Shown piece after piece: positions 10,161 to 19,541 of a stretch of 32,000 nucleotides of DNA; the first letter of the stretch is position 1; the number at the start of each line of letters is the position of its first letter. Made by a program: the position numbers and the translations under genes. The notes under the pieces are model-generated. The model was not told the DNA's origin and searched no databases. It worked only from the letters and a program-made list of their open reading frames with translations. This DNA is from Mycobacterium tuberculosis H37Rv (GTDB taxonomy: Bacteria; Actinomycetota; Actinomycetes; Mycobacteriales; Mycobacteriaceae), in NCBI RefSeq assembly GCF_000195955.2, contig NC_000962.3:2820001-2852000 (forward strand), given 5' to 3'.

Positions 10161-10583
10161 GTGGACGACATCGCAGCATTCAAGCTCGACAGCCTGCCGG
10201 ACATAACCTTCACGGTCACGCGGGCCATAAGTTCGGGTGGGGAAAATCCGGCGGGGTTTCTCAATTTCGCGGCGCGCCGAGAGCAACCGGAGATCCTGGG
10301 TGGTGGAGGCCGTCCTGGACCGGTGGGCCCGGAAGCGGTCGATACTCCACGTATTCGCGGCGGGAAGGTGCCGTTCGTCTTCCGGACGCTACCGGGTTAC
10401 ACCTTCTACGCCAGCCAAATCGAGCCGAGAGTGGGCGACCCGGAAGGGCCCACACTCCTGGCTGGATTCGGCAATATCCCTGAGACTTCGCAGCGGTCGC
10501 CGGGATGGATCCGCATCACCTGCACGGGGCCAGACGACGATGAGGAGCTGGAATTCTTTGGATTCGCCGGGCCAGAGTCCTAA
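10161..10583 (+). CDS. Hypothetical protein (Rv2513-like)
   Basis: 140-aa ORF matching the recalled annotated locus. No recognisable domain. Confidence 0.6.
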   Translation: MDDIAAFKLDSLPDITFTVTRAISSGGENPAGFLNFAARREQPEILGGGGRPGPVGPEAVDTPRIRGGKVPFVFRTLPGYTFYASQIEPRVGDPEGPTLLAGFGNIPETSQRSPGWIRITCTGPDDDEELEFFGFAGPES

Positions 10584-10876
10584 CCAGGCGATGAACGAAG
10601 GATCGGCGACGGCTACGAACCTGGATAGGCAAGAATGGCGCACCGAAGCGTCACTCGACGTCGGCCGGCCGGAGAACGCACCACGAAACGAAACACTTGT
10701 GAGGACCAAGATTCTCCGATCTTCGGGTAGCACCCGAGAGCATGTCGTTAGGCCTGTCGGCATGGGCGCCGGCAAGGTCCTCCAGCCGGGTGATGGGCGT
10801 CGCAGAGTACAGACGTGGCTGCTGTCCGCAGGCTGAAGCGGATGAAGTGACAGCCCAGCGGCGCGGCCAGAAGCTC

Positions 10877-11338
10877 TCAGAAAGTCCATCCCTGCGCCTC
10901 GATATAGCCCATCAGAGTTAGCCACGGCACGCCAAGAGCGTCGCAGACATCGGGGATGCGCGGCTTTTCGATATTGCCGCTCGCAGTCTCCTGGGTAACC
11001 ACCGTGGCGTTGTTCACCATCGCGAGCGCGATGACGAACGGGTCGGCGGCGCTTCGCCTGCCACCCTGCCGGACCATGTTCGGGTGCAACCGCAAGATGT
11101 GCCGCGCCGCCTGCTGGATCTGTTCATCCAGAGGACAGAACAAGCCAGTTTGCCCGTCCGCCCACCGCTTCGCGTCATCATCACGCCTGGCGAGTTCGCG
11201 CTGAACCTCATCGACCGACCTGATCTGACCGGCGCTGATCGCATCCTCAACCCGGCCCCACAGACTGCGAAACACCGCTGGCCGAAACAGATCACGCCGT
11301 CCGTTCAGGATGGCGCTGGTATCGAAGGAATAGAGCAC
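10877..11338 (-). CDS. PIN-like (DUF4411-type) protein, putative toxin (Rv2514c-like)
   Basis: N-terminal YSFDTSAILNGRRD, later SAADPFVIALAMVNNATVVTQE and KPRIPDVCDALGV, consistent with PIN-clan acidic positions. Confidence 0.8.
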   Translation of the reverse strand: MLYSFDTSAILNGRRDLFRPAVFRSLWGRVEDAISAGQIRSVDEVQRELARRDDDAKRWADGQTGLFCPLDEQIQQAARHILRLHPNMVRQGGRRSAADPFVIALAMVNNATVVTQETASGNIEKPRIPDVCDALGVPWLTLMGYIEAQGWTF

Positions 11339-11343
11339 AGCGG

Positions 11344-12591
11344 TTAGACCACGCTCCGCAGTTCGGCTGACTCAGCCAACTTCGGAATCTGGCTGACCTT
11401 GGCGTCGAGGTAGATCGCAGCGGTGTTGCTGTCGATGACGCGGCGGCGGTGGGCGTCGGTCACCGCCCGCACGTAGCCCTTACCGAGGTCTCGGACGGTA
11501 TTGCGGTACCAGTTGCCGCCCCCAGCCGATCGAGCCCGTTCGGCCTCGTCCTCGTGAGCCGCGATGAACTCGGCGCGGCGCTGTCGGTAGACCTCGACCG
11601 GCACGATTCCAAGCGTGCTTAGCCGCCGCAGGAACGCCTCGGCACTCACGCCAAAATGCGCCGCGACCGGCCGCAGCGATTCGTAATCCCACGAAGACGG
11701 AGTCTCGCTGCGAACGATGACCTCCGGCCGCGCTCGCACCACGTCGGCAGGCATCAGCACAGCGGCGGCGATCGCGTTGCATCGAGCCTCCAGCGATCGG
11801 TCCTGGGTGCTCGGATGAGCATCGGCGATCACGTCACACAAGCCCTCGGTGTGCAGCACCACGTGCACGAACTCATGCAGCAGCGAGAACAGGCGAGGGC
11901 GGGGGTGGTCGCTGCCATTGAGCACGATCACCGGCAATTCGTCGAAATACAGACACATACCGCGCATCTCGTCGATAGCGACCTTGCCGCCGCGGGTCGC
12001 GAGCACCAGAACGCCGGACGTTTCGATGGCCGACACCCAGGCGTTCAGATGCTCGTAAGGGTCAACCGAGGCCACGGGGATAGGCAACGGGCTGACCTCG
12101 ATCAAGGCCTTGCGGATTCGTGCCGCGATATCCGCGTCGGCCTCGTCGCCGGATAGGGGCAAACGCCAGGCGCCCGGTATCTCCCGGTCCTCGGCGTCGG
12201 CCAGCTCTAGCGCGAAGTCGCGTTGCGTGTGTGCGCGACGGAACTCCTCGTGAAGCCCCGGCGTCCATTGACCCGACGCGGCACCGTCCAATCGTCGGAA
12301 GTCGCGTAAGGTGTCAAACCCCTCGGGCGGCTCGGACAGGAAGAACACCGCCAGCGAGCGCTTGTAGACCTCGGCGGCCTTGCGCAGCTGCGCGATGGTT
12401 GGCACAACCTCGCCCACCTCCCAAGCCGCGACGCGATCATCAGGCAGGCCGAGTTTGCGGGCCGCGGCTACCTCGGTCAGGCCACACGACTCGCGAGCCC
12501 AACGGAGCACCGAGCTCTCCACCGAAGCGGGAATCGACCGCATGGCAATGATGATGCACCACCCCACCCACATTGGATGGCCGATACCCAC
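11344..12591 (-). CDS. Xre-HTH + ImmA/IrrE-type Zn-peptidase (COG2856-like) protein (Rv2515c-like)
   Basis: N-terminal HTH (LRWARESCGLTEVAAARKLGLPDDRVAAWEVGEVVPTIAQLRKAAEVY), then LFSLLHEFVHVVLH = HExxH. Ends 5 bp before the PIN-like gene. Internal Met at 12543 is a plausible alternative start. Confidence 0.88.
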   Translation of the reverse strand: MGIGHPMWVGWCIIIAMRSIPASVESSVLRWARESCGLTEVAAARKLGLPDDRVAAWEVGEVVPTIAQLRKAAEVYKRSLAVFFLSEPPEGFDTLRDFRRLDGAASGQWTPGLHEEFRRAHTQRDFALELADAEDREIPGAWRLPLSGDEADADIAARIRKALIEVSPLPIPVASVDPYEHLNAWVSAIETSGVLVLATRGGKVAIDEMRGMCLYFDELPVIVLNGSDHPRPRLFSLLHEFVHVVLHTEGLCDVIADAHPSTQDRSLEARCNAIAAAVLMPADVVRARPEVIVRSETPSSWDYESLRPVAAHFGVSAEAFLRRLSTLGIVPVEVYRQRRAEFIAAHEDEAERARSAGGGNWYRNTVRDLGKGYVRAVTDAHRRRVIDSNTAAIYLDAKVSQIPKLAESAELRSVV

Positions 12592-12709
12592 GCTTGGTTC
12601 CCGACCAGCCGATTAACCGCTCCCCCGCAACCTGGCGAGACGGTACTCGCCGCGTTCGGCGTCTGGGACGGTGTGCCGTGAGACCGGCTGCGGTGTAACG
12701 CCTTACGAA

Positions 12710-13513
12710 CTAGTGAGCAGGGTGCAACGGGACGGCCGCCCACTCGTCCTGTCCAGCCCAACGGACGTATAGCTGATTTGGAAGGGGATGGCCCCAAGCC
12801 GCTATCAAGACCATGTTGAGCCCCTCTCCGGGGCGAATCACCGTCTTCTTCGGGACATTTCGAGTGATCGCATCGATTCGCGAGAGGTCAATCTCGACAT
12901 CTTCTGCGATATCGTCGCCGATGTTGCGCAACACAAAGCGGATTTTGTCTGGGTTCTCGACACGCCACCGGACGTTAGGTGCCTTACCGGACCTGCCGAC
13001 CGCCGGTCCCACCGCCCACGAGTACGCGAACTTGGCAGTCCCGGTATGCGGCCGACCGGGCTTTCGCTCCCAGGTCTCCGCAAACCTGCGCACCGCTGCC
13101 GCATCCCACACCGCGCCTCCACGCAAATCTGCCAACGGAGCGGGAAACCCTGCTGTCGACCTCAATTGGTGCACCCTCTGACGCGAAACCCCCAACTCAT
13201 CCGCGATCTCAGCCGCAGACATCAACTCGGGCGTTGTGAACGCCTCAGCGCGCAGACGATGCTCTGGCTCGCTAATGATCTGCACAGCAATGGGACTCTT
13301 GGCTTGAACTACCGGCATAACCTCGCCAGCCATCTTGGCGAGCGCGTCGAACACACTCCAATCGCCGGGCGCATAGACCGTGACGTCAATGCCGTGTCCT
13401 GGGACCCGAGATACCAGTGCGTCGAAGCCCTCGAGCTGCGTCTCCCAGGCGTCCATGGTCTCCATCGAAGGGTCAGCATCAAACGTGAAGGTGACGACCC
13501 AGTCGGCTGTCAC
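12710..13513 (-). CDS. HTH-containing protein with a C-terminal beta-rich extension, putative antitoxin-like partner (Rv2516c-like)
   Basis: 267 aa from GTG at 13511-13513 (the ORF track extends to 13570). Contains MSAAEIADELGVSRQRVHQLRSTAGFPAP...WDAAAVRRFAETW, an AlpA/MerR-like HTH. Start overlaps the upstream stop as GTGA. Confidence 0.75.
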   Translation of the reverse strand: MTADWVVTFTFDADPSMETMDAWETQLEGFDALVSRVPGHGIDVTVYAPGDWSVFDALAKMAGEVMPVVQAKSPIAVQIISEPEHRLRAEAFTTPELMSAAEIADELGVSRQRVHQLRSTAGFPAPLADLRGGAVWDAAAVRRFAETWERKPGRPHTGTAKFAYSWAVGPAVGRSGKAPNVRWRVENPDKIRFVLRNIGDDIAEDVEIDLSRIDAITRNVPKKTVIRPGEGLNMVLIAAWGHPLPNQLYVRWAGQDEWAAVPLHPAH

Positions 13514-13761
13514 TGTGCGCCTTCCTTCCTGTGCTGTGCCCGCCGTTCCTTCTTGCTCGGCGGTGGCCACGTCAGGCCCGCTTTCTTCAACGCGCCCAAT
13601 AGGTCTCGCATCCGGCGGTACTCGTTGCTAGGTGTTGCCGGAAACCGAGCAATATAGACGCCCTGGGGGTTGTAGAAGCGGGTGTAGCCGCTGGCGTCAT
13701 CCTCAACCGTCCATTGTTGCGATTGCGCCCACTTCGCGATCTTGATGATTGCGCTGTTCAC
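13510..13761 (-). CDS. HicA-like small protein (Rv2517c-like)
   Basis: About 83 aa from GTG at 13759-13761: VNSAIIKIAKWAQSQQWTVEDDASGYTRFYNPQGVYIARFPATPSNEYRRMRDLLGALKKAGL. Helix-strand-strand-helix pattern with TPSxxxRxxRxxxxxLKKAG. Confidence 0.65.
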   Translation of the reverse strand: MNSAIIKIAKWAQSQQWTVEDDASGYTRFYNPQGVYIARFPATPSNEYRRMRDLLGALKKAGLTWPPPSKKERRAQHRKEGAQ

Positions 13762-14108
13762 ATCGTCTCCCCAACACTTGCGATGTGTCAAGAGTAATGG
13801 CAAGACGCGACATCGTAAAGGTTTTAGCCGGACTCATTCGAATATTTGAGCGATGTAGCCAGTGAGTGGGTGCTCCGATGATCACGGCTTCGCGCGAGCT
13901 CGCCCCGGCTGGCCTCATGATCGCCGACCGGCTGGGCTTCACCCGGTCTCAGTGGTTCTCCCAGTCGCGAAGGAACACCCGAGTGTCGTCATGGTCCGCG
14001 CGGTTGGGCACTGCGGCCATCGGATGTCATCGTCGTACAACGAACCATGCGGTCGTTGCAGGGCGTGTATCAGGCGCTGTTGGTTGTCTGGCGTTCCTCG
14101 CGGCGCGC

Positions 14109-15335
14109 TTACGCCTTGGCGTTACCGGCGCGCCACTGGTCCCACGGAATGTTCCAATCGCCGAGCCCGTCGATCCCCGGCAGGGTGCCACCCACGGTAT
14201 TGACCACCTCGACGATGTCGCCGCGCTTGACATGGTCGTAGAACCACTGCGCGTTGCTCGGGCTGACGTTCAGGCAGCCATGGCTGGTGTTGGTGTGGCC
14301 CTGAGCCCCCACCGACCACGGCGCTGAGTGCACGAAGACACCGCTGTAGGAGATCTGGGTGGCCCAGTCGACATCGGTGCGATATCCGTTGGGCGAGTTG
14401 ACGGGTACGCCGTAGGTGGACGAGTCCATGATGATGTGCTTGTACCGCGAGCCGACGATGTATATGCCGTTGGCCGTCGGGGTGCTGTCCTTGCCCATCG
14501 ACGTCGGCATGGACTTTACGACCTCGCCATTCACCCGCACGGTCAGTATCTTGGTGTTGTCGTCGGCGGTCGCGATCACCTCGTCGCCGATGGTGAAGTG
14601 CGTCTGCACGTTGTCCTCGCCGAACATTCCCTCGCCCAAGTCGACGCCGTAGGTGTTGACCGCCACATCAACGGCCGTACCTGGCTTCCAGAAATGCTCT
14701 GGGCGCCAACGCACTTCACGGTTATTCAGCCAGTAGAACGCGCCCTCCACGGGCGGGTTGGTGGTGATCTTGATGGCCTTCTCGGCCGCGCCCCGGTCAG
14801 CGATGTTCTCGTCGAATCGGATCGCCACCGGCTCGCCGACACCCACGACCTCCCCATCACCGGGCATGACGTAGGGCATGGTCAGGTGCGCGGGGGAACT
14901 GGTCTGGAAGGTCAGCTGGCGGGTCGCCGCGCCACCCAGTCCAAGCGCCGTCGCGTTCAGCGTGTAGCGCCTGTTGTAGCCGAGCTGCTCAGTGGTCGAC
15001 CAGCGCAGTCCGTCGGGGCTGAGTCGACCGGCCACCGGCCTGCCGTTGTCGTTGACCATGGTGACGGCCGCCAGCACACCGTCGGCGGCGGTCACCGACA
15101 CCGGTGCATCCACGGTGACGCCGACGGCGCCGTCGGTGACCGACGCGGTGAGCTTGGGCACCAGCAGATCGGCGAACGGCGTGCCCTTGTCCGCGATGAC
15201 CTTGATCGGTGCGGGTCCGCGGCCGCTGCCGCATGCGACGGCACCGATCATCACGGCGGTCATCATCAGCGCGGTTAACCAGGCTCTCCGAACCCTGGTC
15301 CTACCCGCCTGAGCTGCAATCCCCACCTTTGGCAT
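14109..15335 (-). CDS. ldtB: L,D-transpeptidase 2 (LdtMt2/LppS, Rv2518c-like), lipoprotein
   Basis: Lipobox-like MIGAVAC, YkuD motif [27 protein letters not shown] with catalytic Cys; 408 aa from ATG at 15333-15335. Confidence 0.96.
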
Positions 15336-15493
15336 GCCTTCCCTCACCTCCCCCACTGCGTCGTGACCGAGCTAGACTCGGCTGTAGTCTAGGTCCTGAC
15401 TGGCCGCCACGCTGCGATGCTGATACCAAGTTCAGTGTGAGATTTCACGCGAGAGCGCAAGGCCTGTTAATGTGCCTTGGCTAGGTAATCGAG

Positions 15494-15566
<73 letters not shown>

Positions 15567-15784
15567 CAGGTCAACGCGTTATTTCGGATGCACCAGCCGC
15601 AGCTGTCCCGTTGGGCGACGATTTCCGTATTCGGAAGGTGCACGCCGGTTACCGGATTTGGGCAGCGGATCGGATCGGAGCCACGGGGATAGCTCGACGA
15701 GACAGCCGGGGAAGCCGCAGAAAATTGGGTTGTAGGCGCGTGCAATAGCTACGCTGCATGTGGACAGCGGGGAAGAGGTTAGTT

Positions 15785-17263
15785 GTGTCGCGTCTGATCG
15801 TGGCTCCGGACTGGCTGGCGTCAGCAGCGGCGGAGGTGCAAAGCATCGGCTCGGCGCTGAGCGCGGCGAACGCCGCGGCCGCGGCCCCCACCACCCTATT
15901 GGTGGCCGCCGCCGAAGACGAGGTATCCGCAGCGGCCGCAGCGCTATTCGCCAACTACGGCCGGGAGTATCAGACGCTGAGTGTGCGGTTCGCCTCGCTT
16001 GATCAGCAGTTCGCGCAAGCACTGAACTCGGCGGCAGCGTCGTATCAGACGGCCGAAGCCACGGGTGCGTCGCTCGTGCAGACCGCGACACAAGGTGTAC
16101 TGGGTGTGATCAATGCGCCCACCGAGTTCATGTTCGGACGCTCGCTGATCGGCGACGGAGCTGACGGCACGGCTGCCAGCCCCATCGGCGAGCCCGGCGG
16201 AATCCTGTACGGCGACGGCGGAAACGGCTACTCCCAGACCACGCCCGGAGCTGTCGGCGGAGCCGGCGGGTCGGCCGGATTTATCGGTAACGGTGGCGCC
16301 GGGGGCGCCGGCGGGCCCGGCGCCGGCGGCGGGACTGGAGGCCTCGGCGGCTGGTTATGGGGCAACAACGGCGCCGCTGGCACCGGCGACCCAGTTAACG
16401 TTGCCGTCCCCCTGCGCGTGGAAAACAACTTTCCGCTGGTGAACCTCTTGGTCAACCGCGGGCCAACTGTCCCCATACTGCTGGACACGGGATCCTCGAG
16501 TCTCGTCATCCCATTCTGGAAAATCGGGTGGCAGAACCTGGGCTTGCCCACCGGGTTCGATGTCGTTCACTACGGCAATGGCGTGAGCATCGTCTACGCC
16601 GACGTGCCCACGACGGTCGATTTCGGTGGCGGCGCCGCTACCACACCGACCTCCGTCCATGTCGGTATCCTGCCGTACCCGCGAAACCTTGACAGCCTGG
16701 TCCTCATCGCTTCCGGCGGCGCTTTCGGACCCAACGGAAACGGCATACTGGGCATCGGGCCGAATGTGGGGTCGTATGCCGTCAGCGGGCCCGGCAACGT
16801 TGTCACGACCGATTTGCCGGGCCAACTCAACGAAGGCACCCTCATCGACATTCCCGGCGGCTACATGCAGTTCGGCCCCAACACGGGCACTCCAATCACC
16901 TCCGTGACCGGGGCACCGATCACCGTGCTGAACGTTCAGATCGGCGGCTACGACCCCAACGGGGGCTACTGGTCACTCCCCTCGATTTTCGATTCGGGCG
17001 GCAACCACGGAACGCTTCCGGCGGTGATTCTCGGCACGGGCCAGACAACCGGTTACGCCCCGCCGGGCACGGTTATCTCAATCTCAATACATGACAACCA
17101 GACGCTGCTGTATCAGTACACGACAACCGCGAGCAACAGCCCAGTGGTCACGGCAGACCCCCGACTCAACACCGGTCTAACCCCGTTCCTGCTGGGACCG
17201 GTATATATCTCGAACAACCCTAGCGGTGTCGGGACGGTGGTGTTCAATTACCCGCCACCGTAG
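15785..17263 (+). CDS. PE26: PE family protein with Gly-rich linker and aspartyl-protease-like C-terminal domain (Rv2519-like)
   Basis: PE domain (VAPDWLASAAAEVQSIGSALSAANAAAAAPTTLLVAAAEDEVSAAAAALFANYGREYQ), Gly/Ala-rich linker, then VPILLDTGSSSLVIP and IFDSGGNHG. GTG start at 15785. Confidence 0.93.
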   Translation: MSRLIVAPDWLASAAAEVQSIGSALSAANAAAAAPTTLLVAAAEDEVSAAAAALFANYGREYQTLSVRFASLDQQFAQALNSAAASYQTAEATGASLVQTATQGVLGVINAPTEFMFGRSLIGDGADGTAASPIGEPGGILYGDGGNGYSQTTPGAVGGAGGSAGFIGNGGAGGAGGPGAGGGTGGLGGWLWGNNGAAGTGDPVNVAVPLRVENNFPLVNLLVNRGPTVPILLDTGSSSLVIPFWKIGWQNLGLPTGFDVVHYGNGVSIVYADVPTTVDFGGGAATTPTSVHVGILPYPRNLDSLVLIASGGAFGPNGNGILGIGPNVGSYAVSGPGNVVTTDLPGQLNEGTLIDIPGGYMQFGPNTGTPITSVTGAPITVLNVQIGGYDPNGGYWSLPSIFDSGGNHGTLPAVILGTGQTTGYAPPGTVISISIHDNQTLLYQYTTTASNSPVVTADPRLNTGLTPFLLGPVYISNNPSGVGTVVFNYPPP

Positions 17264-17387
17264 CTTTCCGCCGGGTCCAGAACCGCCGCGCCATAAGGGC
17301 GTCACGTTCGTCCAGAACCTCGGCTAAGTGCGGAGTGCGCAATCATGGTGCACTGCAATGGGTTTCCCATCGGTAACTCCGGGTTGG

Positions 17388-17615
17388 TCAGCGATTCCTG
17401 ATCTTGTGGATGACCACGACGACGACCACAGACCCGATCCCGACCAGTGACACGGTCACGATGGGCTTCCTGAGGAAGGCGATCACCCGAGTTTTTGCGT
17501 CGTCGGCGAGGCGGCGGGGGTTGGCGCGCTCGGCGAGGGAATCGATGGTCGCCGCCAGTTGGTCGCGGGTTTGGTCGATCTCCTGCTTGATGGTATTGGG
17601 ATCGCGGTCCACCAC
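17388..17615 (-). CDS. Small membrane protein, DUF3618-like (Rv2520c-like)
   Basis: 75 aa: RDPNTIKQEIDQTRDQLAATIDSLAERANPRRLADDAKTR...PIVTVSLVGIGSVVVVVVIHKI. Confidence 0.85.
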   Translation of the reverse strand: MVDRDPNTIKQEIDQTRDQLAATIDSLAERANPRRLADDAKTRVIAFLRKPIVTVSLVGIGSVVVVVVIHKIRNR

Positions 17616-17683
17616 GTGCTGTCCTCCAAGTTCTCCAGTCGCCCACTGCCGGCCTGCGTCGCCCGCCGAACTACCCTAGATCA

Positions 17684-18157
17684 GTGACCAAAACCACGCG
17701 TCTGACCCCCGGAGACAAAGCCCCTGCCTTCACCCTGCCCGATGCCGACGGCAACAACGTGTCGCTGGCCGACTACCGAGGACGCCGCGTCATCGTGTAC
17801 TTCTACCCGGCGGCCTCGACACCGGGATGCACCAAGCAGGCTTGTGATTTTCGCGACAATCTGGGCGATTTCACCACTGCCGGCCTCAACGTCGTCGGTA
17901 TCTCCCCCGACAAGCCGGAGAAGCTCGCTACGTTCCGCGATGCCCAGGGCCTGACGTTTCCGCTGCTGTCTGATCCCGACCGCGAGGTGTTGACGGCCTG
18001 GGGTGCCTACGGGGAGAAGCAGATGTATGGCAAGACGGTGCAGGGGGTGATCCGGTCCACCTTCGTCGTCGATGAAGACGGAAAGATCGTCGTCGCGCAG
18101 TACAACGTCAAGGCCACCGGCCACGTCGCTAAGCTTCGGCGCGACCTGTCGGTATAG
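17684..18157 (+). CDS. bcp: Bacterioferritin comigratory protein / BCP-type peroxiredoxin (Rv2521-like)
   Basis: GDKAPAFTLPDADGNNVSLADYRGRRVIVYFYPAASTPGCTKQACDFRDN: peroxidatic Cys motif plus resolving Cys. Confidence 0.96.
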   Translation: MTKTTRLTPGDKAPAFTLPDADGNNVSLADYRGRRVIVYFYPAASTPGCTKQACDFRDNLGDFTTAGLNVVGISPDKPEKLATFRDAQGLTFPLLSDPDREVLTAWGAYGEKQMYGKTVQGVIRSTFVVDEDGKIVVAQYNVKATGHVAKLRRDLSV

Positions 18158-19541
18158 CCGCGAGCTTGGCCAGCAGCAGCGCTTCGGCGGTCGCCGCGCG
18201 TTCCAGCACACCCAGATGCAGGCTTTCATTGACACTGTGCGCCTGCGTTCCGGGGTCTTCTACCCCGGTGACAAGGATGGTCGCCTGCGGGAACGCGGCG
18301 GCGAACTCGGCGATGAACGGGATCGACCCGCCCATTCCCATATCGATCGGATCGGCACCCCACGCCTGCCGAAACGCCGACCGCGCCGCATCATAGACAG
18401 GGCCGCTCGCCTCGATGGCGTAGGGCTGTCCGACCTCGCCGCGCGTGACAGTGACCTGGGCGCCCCAGGGGGCGTGCCGCCGCAGATGGGCCTCCACCGC
18501 GTCCAGGTGCGCCGTGGCATCGCCTCCAGGCGCCACCCGAATACTGATCTTGGCCCGGGCCCGCGGGATCAGCGTATTGGACGCTGCCGCAACGGATGTG
18601 GTGTCGATGCCGATTACGGTGATCGCCGGCTTCGCCCAGAGCCGCTGCGGCACCGAGCCCGTGCCGATTTCCGATACTCCGTCCAGTAGACCCGACTCAG
18701 CGCGTACCCGTCCAGCCGGGTAATCCACACGCGCCGCGGTGCTTTCGTGCATGCCCGCCACGGCCACGTTGCCGTCGTCGTCGTGCAGGCTGGCCAACAG
18801 CCGCACTAGCACGGTCAGCGCGTCGGGAACGACGCCGCCCCACAACCCGGAGTGCAGCCCGTGGTCGAGGGTGGCGACCTCGACGACGCAGTCGGCCATT
18901 CCGCGTAGCGACACCGTCAAAGCCGGGATGTCGGTGCTCCAATTGTCCGAGTCGGCGATGACGATCACGTCGGCTGCCAGCGCGTCACGGTGGGCGGCGA
19001 GCAACCGGCCCAGTGACGGCGACCCGGATTCTTCTTCACCCTCGACAAAGACCGTGACGCCCACCGGCGGTCTGCCGCCGTGTGCCCAGAATGCGGCCAC
19101 ATGCGTGGCGATACCTGCCTTGTCATCGGCGGTGCCCCGCCCGTAGAGCCGCCCACCACGCTCGGTCGGCTCGAACGGCGGCGACACCCATTGCCCGCGG
19201 TCACCCTCGGGCTGGACGTCGTGGTGGGCATAGAGCAGCACCGTCGGCGCCCCCGGCGGCGCCGGGTACCGCGCGATCACCGCCGGCGCACCGCGCTCGC
19301 TGACAATCCGCACGTCGTCAAAACCGGCCTGCGACAACAGGTCTGCCACCGCACGCGCGCTGCGGTGAACCTCGTCGCGCCGATCTGGGTCGGCCCACAC
19401 CGATTCGATGCGGACCAGCTCCTCGAGATCACACCGCACCGACGGCAACACCTCACGGACGCGCTCAACCAGCTCGCGAGCAGACGCAGAGTCGCATGAA
19501 AATCCGGATTTCGATGCGATTCTGCGTCTGCTCGCGCTCAC
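18129..19541 (-). CDS. M20/M25/M40-family metallopeptidase (Rv2522c-like)
   Basis: VLLYAHHDVQPEGDRGQW, GRGTADDKAG, EGEEESGSPSL metal-binding motifs; 470 aa. Confidence 0.9.
   Translation of the reverse strand: MSASRRRIASKSGFSCDSASARELVERVREVLPSVRCDLEELVRIESVWADPDRRDEVHRSARAVADLLSQAGFDDVRIVSERGAPAVIARYPAPPGAPTVLLYAHHDVQPEGDRGQWVSPPFEPTERGGRLYGRGTADDKAGIATHVAAFWAHGGRPPVGVTVFVEGEEESGSPSLGRLLAAHRDALAADVIVIADSDNWSTDIPALTVSLRGMADCVVEVATLDHGLHSGLWGGVVPDALTVLVRLLASLHDDDGNVAVAGMHESTAARVDYPAGRVRAESGLLDGVSEIGTGSVPQRLWAKPAITVIGIDTTSVAAASNTLIPRARAKISIRVAPGGDATAHLDAVEAHLRRHAPWGAQVTVTRGEVGQPYAIEASGPVYDAARSAFRQAWGADPIDMGMGGSIPFIAEFAAAFPQATILVTGVEDPGTQAHSVNESLHLGVLERAATAEALLLAKLAAIPTGRAEA

Noticed and set aside
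10237-10925. Overlapping ORFs on both strands downstream of the Rv2513-like gene (10237-10836 +, 10389-10925 -)
   Set aside because: They overlap the better-supported 10161-10583 ORF and have no motifs. I found no basis for a gene in 10584-10876.
13866-14327. 153-aa plus-strand ORF starting MGAPMITASRELAPAGLMIADRLGFTRSQWFSQ
   Set aside because: The first ~80 aa lie in a real gap but have no clear domain, and the rest is antisense to ldtB. It could be a gene remnant, but there is too little evidence to call it.
14328-15278. 316-aa ORF antisense to ldtB
   Set aside because: Shadow of a strongly supported L,D-transpeptidase gene.
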